Positions 52,657-64,000 of a stretch of DNA of 64,000 nucleotides are shown here, in pieces (position 1 is the stretch's first letter; the number at the start of each line of letters is the position of its first letter). The notes beneath the pieces are model-generated. The model was not told the DNA's origin. It did no database searches and worked only from the letters and a program-made list of their open reading frames with translations. Origin of the DNA: Octopus sinensis (taxonomy: Eukaryota). A program made the translations under genes and the position numbers. The stretch covers positions 63,116,001 to 63,180,000 of the forward strand of contig NC_043006.1 of NCBI RefSeq assembly GCF_006345805.1, read 5' to 3'.

Positions 52657-53160
52657 TTGTTCAGTTTTATTTCAAGATTTCTTGCCAATAGAAAAAGAGC
52701 CGGTTTCTAACCTAGATCGAAGACTCCTCCATTGGAATTTGAACATCAACAACAGATTATTTTTGTTTGTATGTATGTAAGTATGTACATGTGCAGATTT
52801 GTATGTTTTGTTTTATGTATGTATTCTCATGCTTATAATTGAGTATCTAGACATGCTCATATATATTTAAGCGATAAACTTCTGGAACGTCTTACAGATT
52901 CTTACAATTCCAGTGATGGATTGGATTTGTAGTCTTCGAATTAGCTTTCTCCTTTCTGATTTTGAGAAGCCTCAATTCTCAAGATTGGTATTTAGGCAGG
53001 GTGTTACATATCCCAGGGCCCTAATAAATACAGATATAAACCTGAACTTGTAATCTGGATAGAGTAACTACATATTTCTCAATAGTTCAGCGTAGATATT
53101 ATTTTTTCACTGATCATTAACTTTATATGAACATCCGTTGGGTAGCTAATCTCTACAGCT
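52657..53160 (-). mobile_element. Dong/R4-clade 3' end, inverted relative to the adjacent segment
   Basis: Reverse complement of 38446-39075 (short (CATA)n); VEISYPTDV..YAELLRN..IGALGYVT..QIQSITGIVRICKTFQKFI. Confidence 0.87.
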
Positions 53161-54004
53161 GAACACTGCTCACGATGTGTTTGCAGTGCCACTACTCATA
53201 CCAACATTTGGGCAGCTTGATTGGACGCTTGGTGATATCCGAGCCATTCATGTGAAAATCCGAAAAATACTAACAAGCACACATATTTCAAATAAACAGT
53301 GATGTAGACAGCCTGAACCTAAAACGTAAAGCTTTCACCGGCTTAACATCGATCCAAAATGCCTTTGAATGTTGTATCATATTCCTTTGACAACATCTTT
53401 TAACCAACATGTGTCGCAGTGCATCCCTTGACCAAGTTTGCAGACATGAGGCTGATAACATCATAAGACTTGGAAGGCAACATTCCTTGTCTGATAAACT
53501 AGAATACATGTCCAAAGAAGTCACGTGGCTCTACCGCAACGTATCTTCAGATGAAAGGATGAACCTATATGAGCAGAGGTCTATGCATAGATATGTTAGT
53601 AGAAAGCTCCGAGATGAGAAAGTCTGAAGGATATCTCACCAGTTTCCAAGGATACAGAAATACCAAAATTACACACTGTTTCTTTGTGGATGACTTGAAA
53701 CTTTATGCAAAGGATACGCATGAGATGAAAAAGAGCCTTGACCTAGTTACATCATTCTCAAGCAAGGGATGTATTGTTGTAGATTGGTCAGGATAATTAT
53801 TGTGATATGGTTGTGTAAAAGAGGAGAACTATGAACCAGACTAGCAACATCTCCATCAATGATTTGACTCACGAGGAATGTTACAGGTTTCTAGGGGAGG
53901 ATGAAAACATATCTTACAATGGCACCTGTAACAAAACATGTGGTGTCACTAAAGAATATTACGGTCGAATAATGAATATTTGGACGTCAGAACTCTCTGC
54001 ATTC
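53161..54004 (+). mobile_element. Dong/R4 internal segments in permuted order
   Basis: 53161 to about 53620: post-RT HDVFAVPLLIPTFGQLDW..INSDVD; about 53615-54004: RT core SEGY..ITHCFFVDDLKLYAK..IWTSELSAF. Confidence 0.8.
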
Positions 54005-54787
54005 ATATACAACACTCACTATAAATACATAATCAACACATTTTATATACTACAAGCAACTGGAGCATATAATTTTACAAAATCTTATAGCAGAGTACAA
54101 TCTATACCACAACTTACCACTAACTACAAGTTCGAATATATTACAATAATCACAGAACGAAGAATCACCGACTTAATATTCCCAAGTCCCATTGCGACTT
54201 TCAGCAGAATGCACGAACAACAATCATTTCACAACAATTAACTTTGAAAATTAGATTTTGAAGAGACACACGCGAGATCGAGTAGGCGTGTCTAAAACTC
54301 TTCAAAACATACATATTTATCACATACAAATACTTAATAATGAATTTGTCTAGAAAAACTGCCAAGCCCACAGACATATAGATGCACAAGTATTAGACAC
54401 TCTAAGAAAAGTAAGGACCTGGGACTATGCTACTGTTGCGTACGAACACGTTGAAGTACATTTAGAGAAGAACCATGTGGTCGATTGTCATAAACAAACA
54501 CATTCAAGCATCAGACAATAGCATACAATCTCGGCGTTGGCTGGTCTTATACCTTCAGCATTCAGGTATATCAACCACACCTCCCCACGTGCCGACTCCC
54601 CTGTATCATCCAACTCATTGGCCCTAAGGTAACGACTGTTCCTAGTACCGCCTCTCCAGAACATCGGTCCCTTTGAATCTTGTTTCTACTCGTTTTTCTT
54701 GTACTTTGAAAGGAAAACCAACAGCATCATGTTCAACCTGTATCTGACAGCCTATGGATATTATAGGCCTGCTACTTATATATACTC

Positions 54788-54860
<73 letters not shown>

Positions 54861-55472
54861 TGTGTGTGTGTGTGATATATACATGTGCTTGTTATGAGAA
54901 TTGAGATCATTGAAAGACAAATTATTTATAGAAAAGGGATGAATGTTCAACTCAACAAAATTACGAAACGCTCACACCTACACACAAAATATTTGCTGAT
55001 ACACACAAGTTATGATAGTATGGCTAGAAGACTTTGCTCGGTCACAGCTTCTGTAAATATTGCGCAACGGTTTTTTTGTAAAGCGCTCTTTTGCCACTGT
55101 TGTATCTACCTTTTAACAACGGTTGTCACTCAGACATATATTGTTATGTTACTAAGTTGTCCATAAAATATTCTATCTGGCATTGTACGAACCACAGCCG
55201 TACAGTGTTATTTTCCTCAAAAGGCTGGATCGGTATAACCTCTACTCAGTATCATAGTATAATTACTATATCAGCACAGACACAACTATCAACACACTCT
55301 ACTCGTACTCTGGACCTTCCGACCTTCTTCTGTTGACCGGTTACTGGTCTATTTATAATGGCTGGGTACTACCGCTTTTTATCAGAAGTGGTGTACGGTT
55401 TCACTATACAACATCTCCACTTTTAGATTATTTTACTTAACAGTCAAATTATTTTATTCACCTTATATATAT

Positions 55473-55515
<43 letters not shown>

Positions 55516-55534
55516 CCACAAGAATGGATCAATA

Positions 55535-55623
55535 TTTCGGTACAATTGTTTCGTACGAAGACAGCTTTATTAAGGCTGCAAATATTGCAGTAAATATAAG
55601 TAACCCGTACTCATCAGCCGAAA
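55535..55623 (-). ncRNA. Canonical minimal type I hammerhead ribozyme candidate
   Basis: Minus strand: tttcgg CTGATGA gtacg[48 nt]cgtac GAAA caattg TA ccgaaa; perfect 6-bp helix I, 5-bp helix II with G10.1-C11.1, palindromic ACAATTGT helix III, GUA cleavage site. Confidence 0.85.
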
Positions 55624-55643
55624 AAATATCTGAGTTCTCCAAA

Positions 55644-55686
55644 CATCTAAGGGGGTGATGTTACACTCCTGAAACGTTAGGGATAG
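55644..55686 (+). ncRNA. Decayed hammerhead-like motif
   Basis: catctaag ggggtg-atgtta-cactcc t GAAA cg TT agggat; helix II and GAAACGT intact, CUGA core damaged. Confidence 0.4.
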
Positions 55687-56069
55687 TTCTATAAAAATAA
55701 GATTACATATATATATATAATCAATATCTTTTCTTCTTAGGATCTAGTTTTAGGAATTCAGTGTTTTTCCTTTTCTTTGTAGCGTAGTGTCATACAGCCA
55801 ATCCATCGATATTTCTACCCTTGTTGGTTCCTTTTCAATGACTCTTTCCTTAAGCTGACTTCTATGTCTCCTTTCCATTCCATTTCCGCTTCTTACATCA
55901 TACATCATTCTTCCTTATATGTTACAATTTCTCCTTCTTCCAAGTATTATTTGCTATTTTTCTGCATTCATACATATACCCTAACACTGATTCTAAAGAA
56001 TTTTGGCATGTCTTTACTAGCATGTATTTCTACGGGTGTGTCCGACTTTTCAATTTGCGATTCTTTTCG

Positions 56070-56370
56070 TAAATTGAGAGACAAAAAATGCGTAGATACA
56101 ACAGCTGATTCGTTCAAAAGCCGAAGTCGAAATCATATCTCTAACTTTAACAAAGTCAACAAAAGGCACTCAAAATCCTTGGCGGATTTTTCGGGGCAAC
56201 TCAAATCTGATAAGATTAAATATGACCTTATTTGTTCCATAATGAAACACGCGCAATCATACAATGCCCTTTTCCAGGAGATGCGGACTATTTTCAGAGA
56301 AATCGTTGTTAACAAGACAACGGATCGTAAATTAAATCTCAGAAGGAATAGTAAGGTCCATGCATGCTAG
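56070..56370 (+). mobile_element. Penelope-like C-terminal GIY-YIG-type endonuclease remnant
   Basis: TTADSFKSRSRNHISNFN..KRHSKSLA..LKSDKIKYDLICSIMKHAQSYN resembles the T..FK.RY.NH..SF / LS..IW.LK / W.I...A..Y pattern. Confidence 0.65.
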
Positions 56371-57105
56371 GAAATGCATATTTGTCCATTATAATAAGTA
56401 CAATTTAGGATATAGTCACTGGCTTGATTAGCATCTACGGATTACAGAGATTTCCAAGTAGTGAACCTAAACTTACCCCTGGGACAGACATTTGCGATAC
56501 AAACTGCTGAGATACTTCACGGGTCTACTATGTTGTATGGTAACTATTTGTTCACTGTCCAGCATACACTTGCGTCTGTCCTTACATACTGATTTCTAAA
56601 CGATGAACACACAATCATCTACGACCAACAACACTGGATATCACTATACAGGCCACTTGGCTTTCCATGGACTATATGTTGCAAGACAAATGCAGATGGA
56701 CTACACAGGAACATATAACGATGGATTACCCTTCGAACCAATTGCGTGAACAGACCAGTTGATTAGCACATACGATAATGCATGAAATTATTGCTGTAAT
56801 AATATGTCATGTTTTATTGTTTCATTAAATTGCCTAGTTTGTCCAGACATGTCAACTGGAATACTCCATTGGAACTGGTCCATATGTTCAACTAAACTTG
56901 GATATAGGTATGGATGAGTGTGCACACATAAATGCTTACATGCATGTGTGATGTTATGTGCATATATATATGTGTGTATATACACATCTGTGAGATGTAG
57001 AGGGATAAGTGCAAGGGCATGTAGGTACATAGTGGGAGCAGGTGAGTGTGTGCGTATATATGTATCTCTATATATGGATATATAAGCGTATGTAGTGATG
57101 TATAT

Positions 57106-57138
<33 letters not shown>

Positions 57139-58160
57139 CATAATATACACGTATACACACACATACACTTATATATAATGTGGTACTACAGCATTGCCAG
57201 TCTAATGATTGAAGCAAGTAAAAGAATAAAAGAATATATATATCTGTAAATTTGTAAATACACATGGAGATTTATACGGTGAAGCAGATGAAAGTATGTG
57301 TGTGTATCTATGCGTTTGAGTATGTTGGTGCGTATATGTTTGTGTATGTGTATCTACGAATATGTGTATGTTTGTGTGTAAATGTATGTGTGTGTATGTA
57401 CATTACAGGGGTGCATATATATACGTGTATGTGTGTATCTGTATATGCACATGTATATAAGCGTATGTTGTAATATATGCATGTGAGTATAATCGCAACT
57501 AAAATATTTGCAACAAGCAAAAGCCCCTGACCGAGCCAACTAGAAACACCGGTGCCTTGGGTGGCAGTGTGAAATAAGAGCCATTCCATATATTTCCATA
57601 ATTTAGGATAGGTCTTCACTGAACGTTAAAATCTACTGAATCTTATTTCTTGTTAGTCAACCACACATCGTAAACGTTCTTGTTCCCATGTAGGGTGAGA
57701 ATTGTAAATTAATCATATTTCAAAACTACAGTAAGCAGACAGAAAAAGGCCTCTCACAAAGGAGCAACGAAATTATTTCTCCCTAAAGTCTAGGAAGGTG
57801 TTATGTCAATTAATATGGCGGATAGATTACAATCACCCTACAAAATGTGTGATAAATGAATTTTGAAATAAACTATTAATATCTGTCTCGAGAGGTCTAT
57901 TAAATTATGTATAGCAATAATTCTTGACAGAATTAGCCTTGGAACTGATATTTTTCTCACTTTCCCTCTCACATTCCTTCTCTCTCCTCCTTATCCGCTC
58001 TCACTCCTCAATAATGTATACACACATACATATGTATGTGTATATATGTGTATGTATAGGTGAGTGTCTTTGTATATATGTGTATATATACATCAAGCCA
58101 CCGTACCTGATCACTAAGTCTTCAAGTGTTTTTATTCTCTCTCTGTTTATTTGCTTTTAT

Positions 58161-58265
58161 TCCTTTTATGAGCGAAGGCTCGAAACGTAAAAGACTTTCT
58201 CACTTTCCGAGCGTCAGACTAACACGCCAGCTTGTTGTTCATACACCAGTCTTCGTTTTTTTATC
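58161..58265 (+). mobile_element. pLTR-like remnant, hammerhead core deleted
   Basis: gagcgaaggctcgaaacgtaaaagact plus downstream homology to 29985-30055 (reverse). Confidence 0.6.
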
Positions 58266-58896
58266 TGCCTCTGTGTGTACATATATATGTCTGGGGAGAG
58301 ACATTTTCTTTTTGTGCCATATAATGTAACACACTCACCGGTAAAATTTCCACTTATTTCTTATTTTTATTTTCCTAAAATTTCGTTGCGTCCAAAAATT
58401 TTCGTTGCGTCTTGCAACCTTTTCAATAGTCTTGACTTTGCCCGTAAGTTACACTGCGTGTAAATGTAAGAAAGACAGGCCAGTTCCTCTCCAATTTTTT
58501 GTAAATTCTTAAATATATCTCCTTCTGTGTATATATATATTACCAAACAAATATGATCTTTATTGAACTCATAATACTTTTTGCAGTCCCGTTATGAATA
58601 CTTTCTTAAATGCTGTAAACTGTTTTTAACATTTCCTTATTATTATTATCAAAGAATGTATAACTGTATTATAATACTTTTGTGACAACCAGTACTTAAC
58701 GAAACACAGCTTCTACAAAGCTTTACATTTTACTTTTGACAACCTTCTTCTTACAAAGTGAAACCGGTAAAGTCAATAAACATCTTTAAAATTGCGTTTT
58801 CAAACCTTCTTTTATATATATTTTCACTAGTGTGGTACCTTGCAACTTTACTTTGTTATATATATATATATATATATATACATACATGCATATATA

Positions 58897-59175
58897 CAGA
58901 TGTTGCTACACATCGCTGGTCACAATGCGCTTTGCATTGTTTTACCCTTCAAATGACGCCACTCCGCTGGCCAAGCGAGAAGGCCAACAGAAGAAAGACT
59001 GAGAGAAAGTTGTGGCGAAAGAGTACAGCAGGGATCGCCGCCACCCCCTGCCGGAGCCTCGTGGAGCTTTAGGTGTTTTCACACAATAAACACTCACAAC
59101 GCCCGGTCTGGGAATCGAAACCGCGATCCTACAACCGCGAGTCCGCTACCGTAACCACTGGGCAATTGCGCCTCC
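58897..59175 (-). mobile_element. tRNA-derived SINE (family C, short tail variant)
   Basis: Head homologous to 30454-30640; different 3' part. Confidence 0.88.
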
Positions 59176-59205
59176 ACATATACATATATATATACATATA
59201 TTTAC

Positions 59206-59257
<52 letters not shown>

Positions 59258-59588
59258 CACATTTGAATAATGAGAGAAATGAGATGTATGACGAGAATGT
59301 TTATTAATCACTACCCTTGTTTCAACCCATCTATCATCGATCCCTTACGAGTAAGATACTTCACAATTGGTTGAGGTGTATCCAATAGTGTAGATGTATC
59401 TCTTCCAGTGACTACAAGACGTATCCCATTAAAATAACGACTGTCCGCAAGATACCTTCTTGGTTTGTGTATAAATTAAAGGGTACATCTGCATTTTTAT
59501 ATAAGACCAATAATAATAATAACAGATGCAAAGAATAACCAATACATTATACAGCGAAAAATGCATTTACATCTTTACACATATACAC

Positions 59589-59811
59589 ATTCTTTTATCT
59601 TTTACTTGTTTCAGTCATTTGACTGCGGCCATGCTGGAGCCACGCCTTGAGTCGAGAAAATCTACCCCAGAGTTTATTCTTTGTAAGCCTAGTACTTATT
59701 CTATCGTTCTCTTTTGACGAACCGCTAAGTTACAGGGACATAAACACACCAGCATCGGTTGTCAAGCAAAGTTGGGGGACAAAGACAGACACACAAACAA
59801 ATATCCACACA

Positions 59812-59892
<81 letters not shown>

Positions 59893-60016
59893 GACGGGCT
59901 TCTTCCAGTTTCCGTCTACGAAATCCACTCGCAAGGCTTTGGTCGGCTCGAGCCTATACTAGAAGACACCTGCCCAAAGTGCCACGCAGTGGGACTGAAC
60001 CCATGACCGCATGGTT
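59589..60016 (-). mobile_element. 5'-truncated family A SINE with expanded internal (TA)n
   Basis: Reverse complement of 61710-62137. Confidence 0.92.
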
Positions 60017-60218
60017 TCCTGAGGCACCGCCATCGCCTGACTCCAAAATTACTCTCTCTTTCATCGAACATAACGTACGTATATACATATATATACATAT
60101 ATAAACATACATATATATACTTGTATGTACCTACACAAATGCTTGCATAGACACGCACATACGTAAAGACACATACATACGCATATATGCATACATATTG
60201 ATTACACACGCACATATA

Positions 60219-61508
60219 CGAGGGGCGTTCAATAAGTAATGCCTCTGACCCACTTCCCATAGCAGTAGAGAAACGAAACTTGGCATAGTTATTAGTCTTT
60301 TTCTACATAGGAACCACCCAGAGTTACGCATTTCTGCCATCGTTTGATGCAGCGCTGGAGACCGTTTTTGTAGAAGACCCCAGCTTGGTCCTCCAACCAC
60401 GACGTGACTTTAGAAATCAAGGCTGCATCACCTGTGAAATGCTTTCCTTTCAAAAAAAACTTCATGGCTGGGAAGAGGTGAAAATCAGAGGGTGCAAGGT
60501 CAGGAGCGTAGGAGGGATAGGGGAGGAGTTCAGAGCAGCACGCCTGTGCGTCTGATCTGGCGACACGCGAGTTGTGAAACGGAGCGTTGTCCTGCAGGAG
60601 GAGGATGCCTTTGCTGATCTTGCCCCACCTCTTGATTTTGATAGCTTCTCATAATTACCTCAAAAGTGAAGCATAATAGGCTCCTGTAATTGTGGTACCC
60701 TTTGCCAGGAAATCTGTCATCATTACTCCGTCCTGGTCCCAGAAGACTGTTAACATGACCTTGCCAGCGGAGGGCTGCACCCTTGCCATCTTTGGAGGAG
60801 GTGAGTCACGGTGCTTCCACTGCATTGACTGGGCTTTGGTCTCTGAATCATAGTGATGGACCCAGGTTTCATCCTGTGTAATCAGTCTTTTGAAAAAGTT
60901 TGACTCATCTTCTTGGCACATCTCCAAATTCATCCTCGAGCACTCGATGCGTTCTTGCTTCTGGAAAGGTGTAAGCAACCTGGGAATCCATCTGGCAGAC
61001 ACCTTTTGCATATGCAAATGGTCATGAATGATAGTTTCCACAGACCCGGTATTAATCTTGACCTCATGGGCTATTTGGCGAATAGTTATGCATCGATCTT
61101 CCAAAATGGCAGCCTCAACTTGACGGACAGATGCCTCATCAATGGCAGAAGGGGGTGACCAGATCTGGGAGCTGTTTCCACAGAGTTCCGACCATGTTTG
61201 AATTCACGATGCCAGCGTTTTACAAGGTCATATGATGGGGCATCATCACCATAAGTTACTTTCATTTCATCAAAAGTCTCCTGTGGTGTGCGTACTTTCA
61301 AATACAAAAACCGGATCACTGCCCGACACTCAACAGGCTCCATTTCACACTTGACTCAGTTCAAACACCTGTAAATCAGAAACCACAATTAGCTCAGAGC
61401 TGTAATTTGCCACTTAATCTATAGAGATATGAATAATTGCACATGCAATTTCAGCTAGATCAAACAACTGCAAGTGGGTCAGGGGCATTACTTATTGAAC
61501 GTCCCTCG
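60219..61508 (-). mobile_element. Full-length (1290 bp) dead mariner, same family as 49581-50834
   Basis: TA at 60217-8 and 61509-10; 37-bp TIRs with 2 mismatches; transposase with one frameshift and two in-frame stops after YYASLLR. Confidence 0.97.
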
Positions 61509-61559
61509 TATATATATATGTATATGTATATATAAATATATATATGTATATATGTATAT

Positions 61560-61604
<45 letters not shown>

Positions 61605-61630
61605 TATAAATGTGTGTGTGTGTGTATATG

Positions 61631-61663
<33 letters not shown>

Positions 61664-61709
61664 TATATATATATACATATATATGTATATATATATTTAT
61701 ATCACTATA

Positions 61710-61880
61710 GTCGCAGGAGTGGCTGTGTGGTAAGTAGCTTGTTTACCAACCACATGGTTCCGGGTTCAGTCCCACTGCGTAGCACCTTGGGCAAGTGGCT
61801 TCTACTATAGCCTCGGGCCGACCAAAGCCTTGAGAGTGGATTTGGTAGATGGAAACTGAAAGAAGCCCGTCGTATATATG

Positions 61881-61911
<31 letters not shown>

Positions 61912-62137
61912 TTGTATGTCTGTGTTTGTCCCCCTAGCATTGCTTGACAACCGATGCTGGTGTGGTTATGTCCCCGTCACTTAGTGGTTCGGCAAAAGAG
62001 ACCGATAGAATAAGTACTGGGCTTACAAAGAATAAGTACCGCGGTCGATTTGCTCGACTAAAGGCGGTGCTCCAGCATGGCCGCAGTCAAATGACTGAAA
62101 CAAGTAAAAGAGTAAAAGAGTAAAAGAGTAAAAGAGT
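61710..62137 (+). mobile_element. Full-length family A tRNA-derived SINE
   Basis: Head gcaggagtggctgtgtggtaag..gggttcagtccc, internal TA/TG tract, tail ggcggtgctccagcatggccgcagtcaaatgactgaaac, (AGTAAAAG)n. Confidence 0.95.
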
Positions 62138-62167
62138 ATATATTTATATTATATATATATATATTTT

Positions 62168-62208
<41 letters not shown>

Positions 62209-62216
62209 TATATATA

Positions 62217-62263
<47 letters not shown>

Positions 62264-62351
62264 TATATATGTATATATAAAAATATAAATATATATATAC
62301 ATATATATGTATATATATACATATACACACACACGCATTTATATATATATA

Positions 62352-62408
<57 letters not shown>

Positions 62409-62789
62409 GATACGCACTTTGTCGTATTGTTATCTGTTATATTTACATTGATGAAATGTGTGGTGTCGACGTTCTGTTAGGTAGGGTCAACAAGATTAGA
62501 ACTTTATTAAGTGTAAGATTAGCGCTGGGCTTCTTTTGTTTACCGCTGTCCATTTTCCTTCAATGTTCGCTATATTATCTGTCTGTTGATTGTAGCCGCA
62601 GACAAAACAACTCTCCGACTGTTGAAAGAAATGTGCCGGCGGTCAAGTGTTTAGTAGACAGAAACTCTTCAAAAATGTGTGAATCTTGATGAGCGCGTAC
62701 GCTATGTTTGCGGTTGCGCACTTGTGTGTGTATATGTGTATACATGTGTGTGTATATATAAATACATATATATATATATATGTTTGTAT

Positions 62790-62864
<75 letters not shown>

Positions 62865-63013
62865 TGTTAGAGTATGTTTGTATGTCTACATATGTATATG
62901 CACGCATGTATACACACACATACGCACACGCGCACGCGCACACACACGCACACATGCATATAGATATATGTGTATGTATATATATGTATATATGTATATG
63001 TATATATATATAT

Positions 63014-63046
<33 letters not shown>

Positions 63047-63063
63047 GTATATATGTATATGTA

Positions 63064-63108
<45 letters not shown>

Positions 63109-63111
63109 GTA

Positions 63112-63165
<54 letters not shown>
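62138..63165. repeat. Long (TA)n-rich low-complexity tracts
   Basis: Direct reading (62138-62405 and about 62720-63165). Confidence 0.92.
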
Positions 63166-63168
<3 letters not shown>

Positions 63169-63829
63169 CTATTTGAAGATGGTCATTTCATTTATTTATT
63201 TATTGCCAAATAAACAGACGTACTATTTTTGTTCTTCTCTCGTTTATTGCTGTTATTTAATTATTTTAACACCTGTTAAAATGAACAGTCGTTAAAATAA
63301 TAAAATACTAGTAATAATCGAGCAAAAGAAAAACAAGGAAATAGTGCGTGTGTTTATTTGGCAAAAATAATAATAAATAAAATGACCATATATTTAGATC
63401 GAGATAGTGTATGAGTCTGTGTTTGTATATATGTATTTATTAACTATGTTTATAATTTTGCATGCATGTGTGTGTGCGTGTATATATATATAAGTAGTTA
63501 TGTATATAAATATACATGTATGTGTGTTCGTGTGTCTCTCTTCGTGTGTGTGTGTGTAATAGTCGAGACAGTGCATTGAACAAGAATGCGCAAGAAGACC
63601 TTGTGTTGGGTATGCCTAATCGATGAGTCTCTCTATACTCCAATGTGAACTTTGCCTTTCGTCTTAATGAAGTCAATAACATGAATGGCAGGCAATGGGA
63701 TATACTAAAACCTTTGTCGTAGGTGACCAATCACAGTGGCACCCAATATTAAAATAGTTAAATAAATACATAAATAAATTATAATTCTTTCTAATTTTGG
63801 CAAGACCGGCACTTTTTAGGAAAGGGTTA

Positions 63830-64000
63830 ATTCGATGATGTCGACCCCAGTTCTTGATTGGTACTAATCTTATCAACCCCAAAGGATTGAACTCAGAACG
63901 TATAAACTGGTAAACTGGCGCGTCCGCAACGCTAACGATTCTGCCAGCTCACCTCCTTTTCTTTATGCTATAGGCACGAGGCCTGAAATTTGATGGCAAA
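63830..64000 (-). mobile_element. Meta-type SINE fragments
   Basis: tcgaccccagt..tggtac..caaccccaaaggattgaactcagaacg..gctaacgattctgccagctc. Confidence 0.75.

Noticed and set aside
54256-54307. Hairpin ttttgaagag..ctcttcaaaa resembling a hammerhead (similar aaactcttcaaaa at 62.66 kb)
   Set aside because: GAAA is TAAA, helix I is not convincing, and the core would be sequestered; kept only as a simple hairpin

Overview
AT-rich, microsatellite-dense eukaryotic genomic DNA. The SINE families and repeat landscape suggest an octopus (inference, no database search). Almost all ORFs in the supplied track are microsatellite translations or decayed transposon pieces. The only host coding sequence I can support is one 184-bp internal exon (37272-37455, +) of a GPR158/CG31760-like class C GPCR, which the ORF track missed; the rest looks intronic or intergenic. 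Mobile content: four tRNA-derived SINE families, three near-full-length dead mariners plus a MITE and a fragment, and remnants of CR1, RTE, Tx1/L1, Dong/R4, Penelope-like and Helitron-like elements. The most unusual signal is about a dozen minimal type I hammerhead-ribozyme-like motifs from several families. One is fully canonical (55535-55623, -), several share a non-canonical helix II junction, and at four loci they occur as close opposite-strand pairs. Also notable: a LINE/SINE shared 3' tail with compensatory base changes, an inverted mariner pair sharing one frameshift, and a permuted plus inverted Dong insertion. Family assignments rest on recalled motifs and need HMM/Dfam confirmation; TE boundaries are approximate unless TIRs or splice sites are cited.
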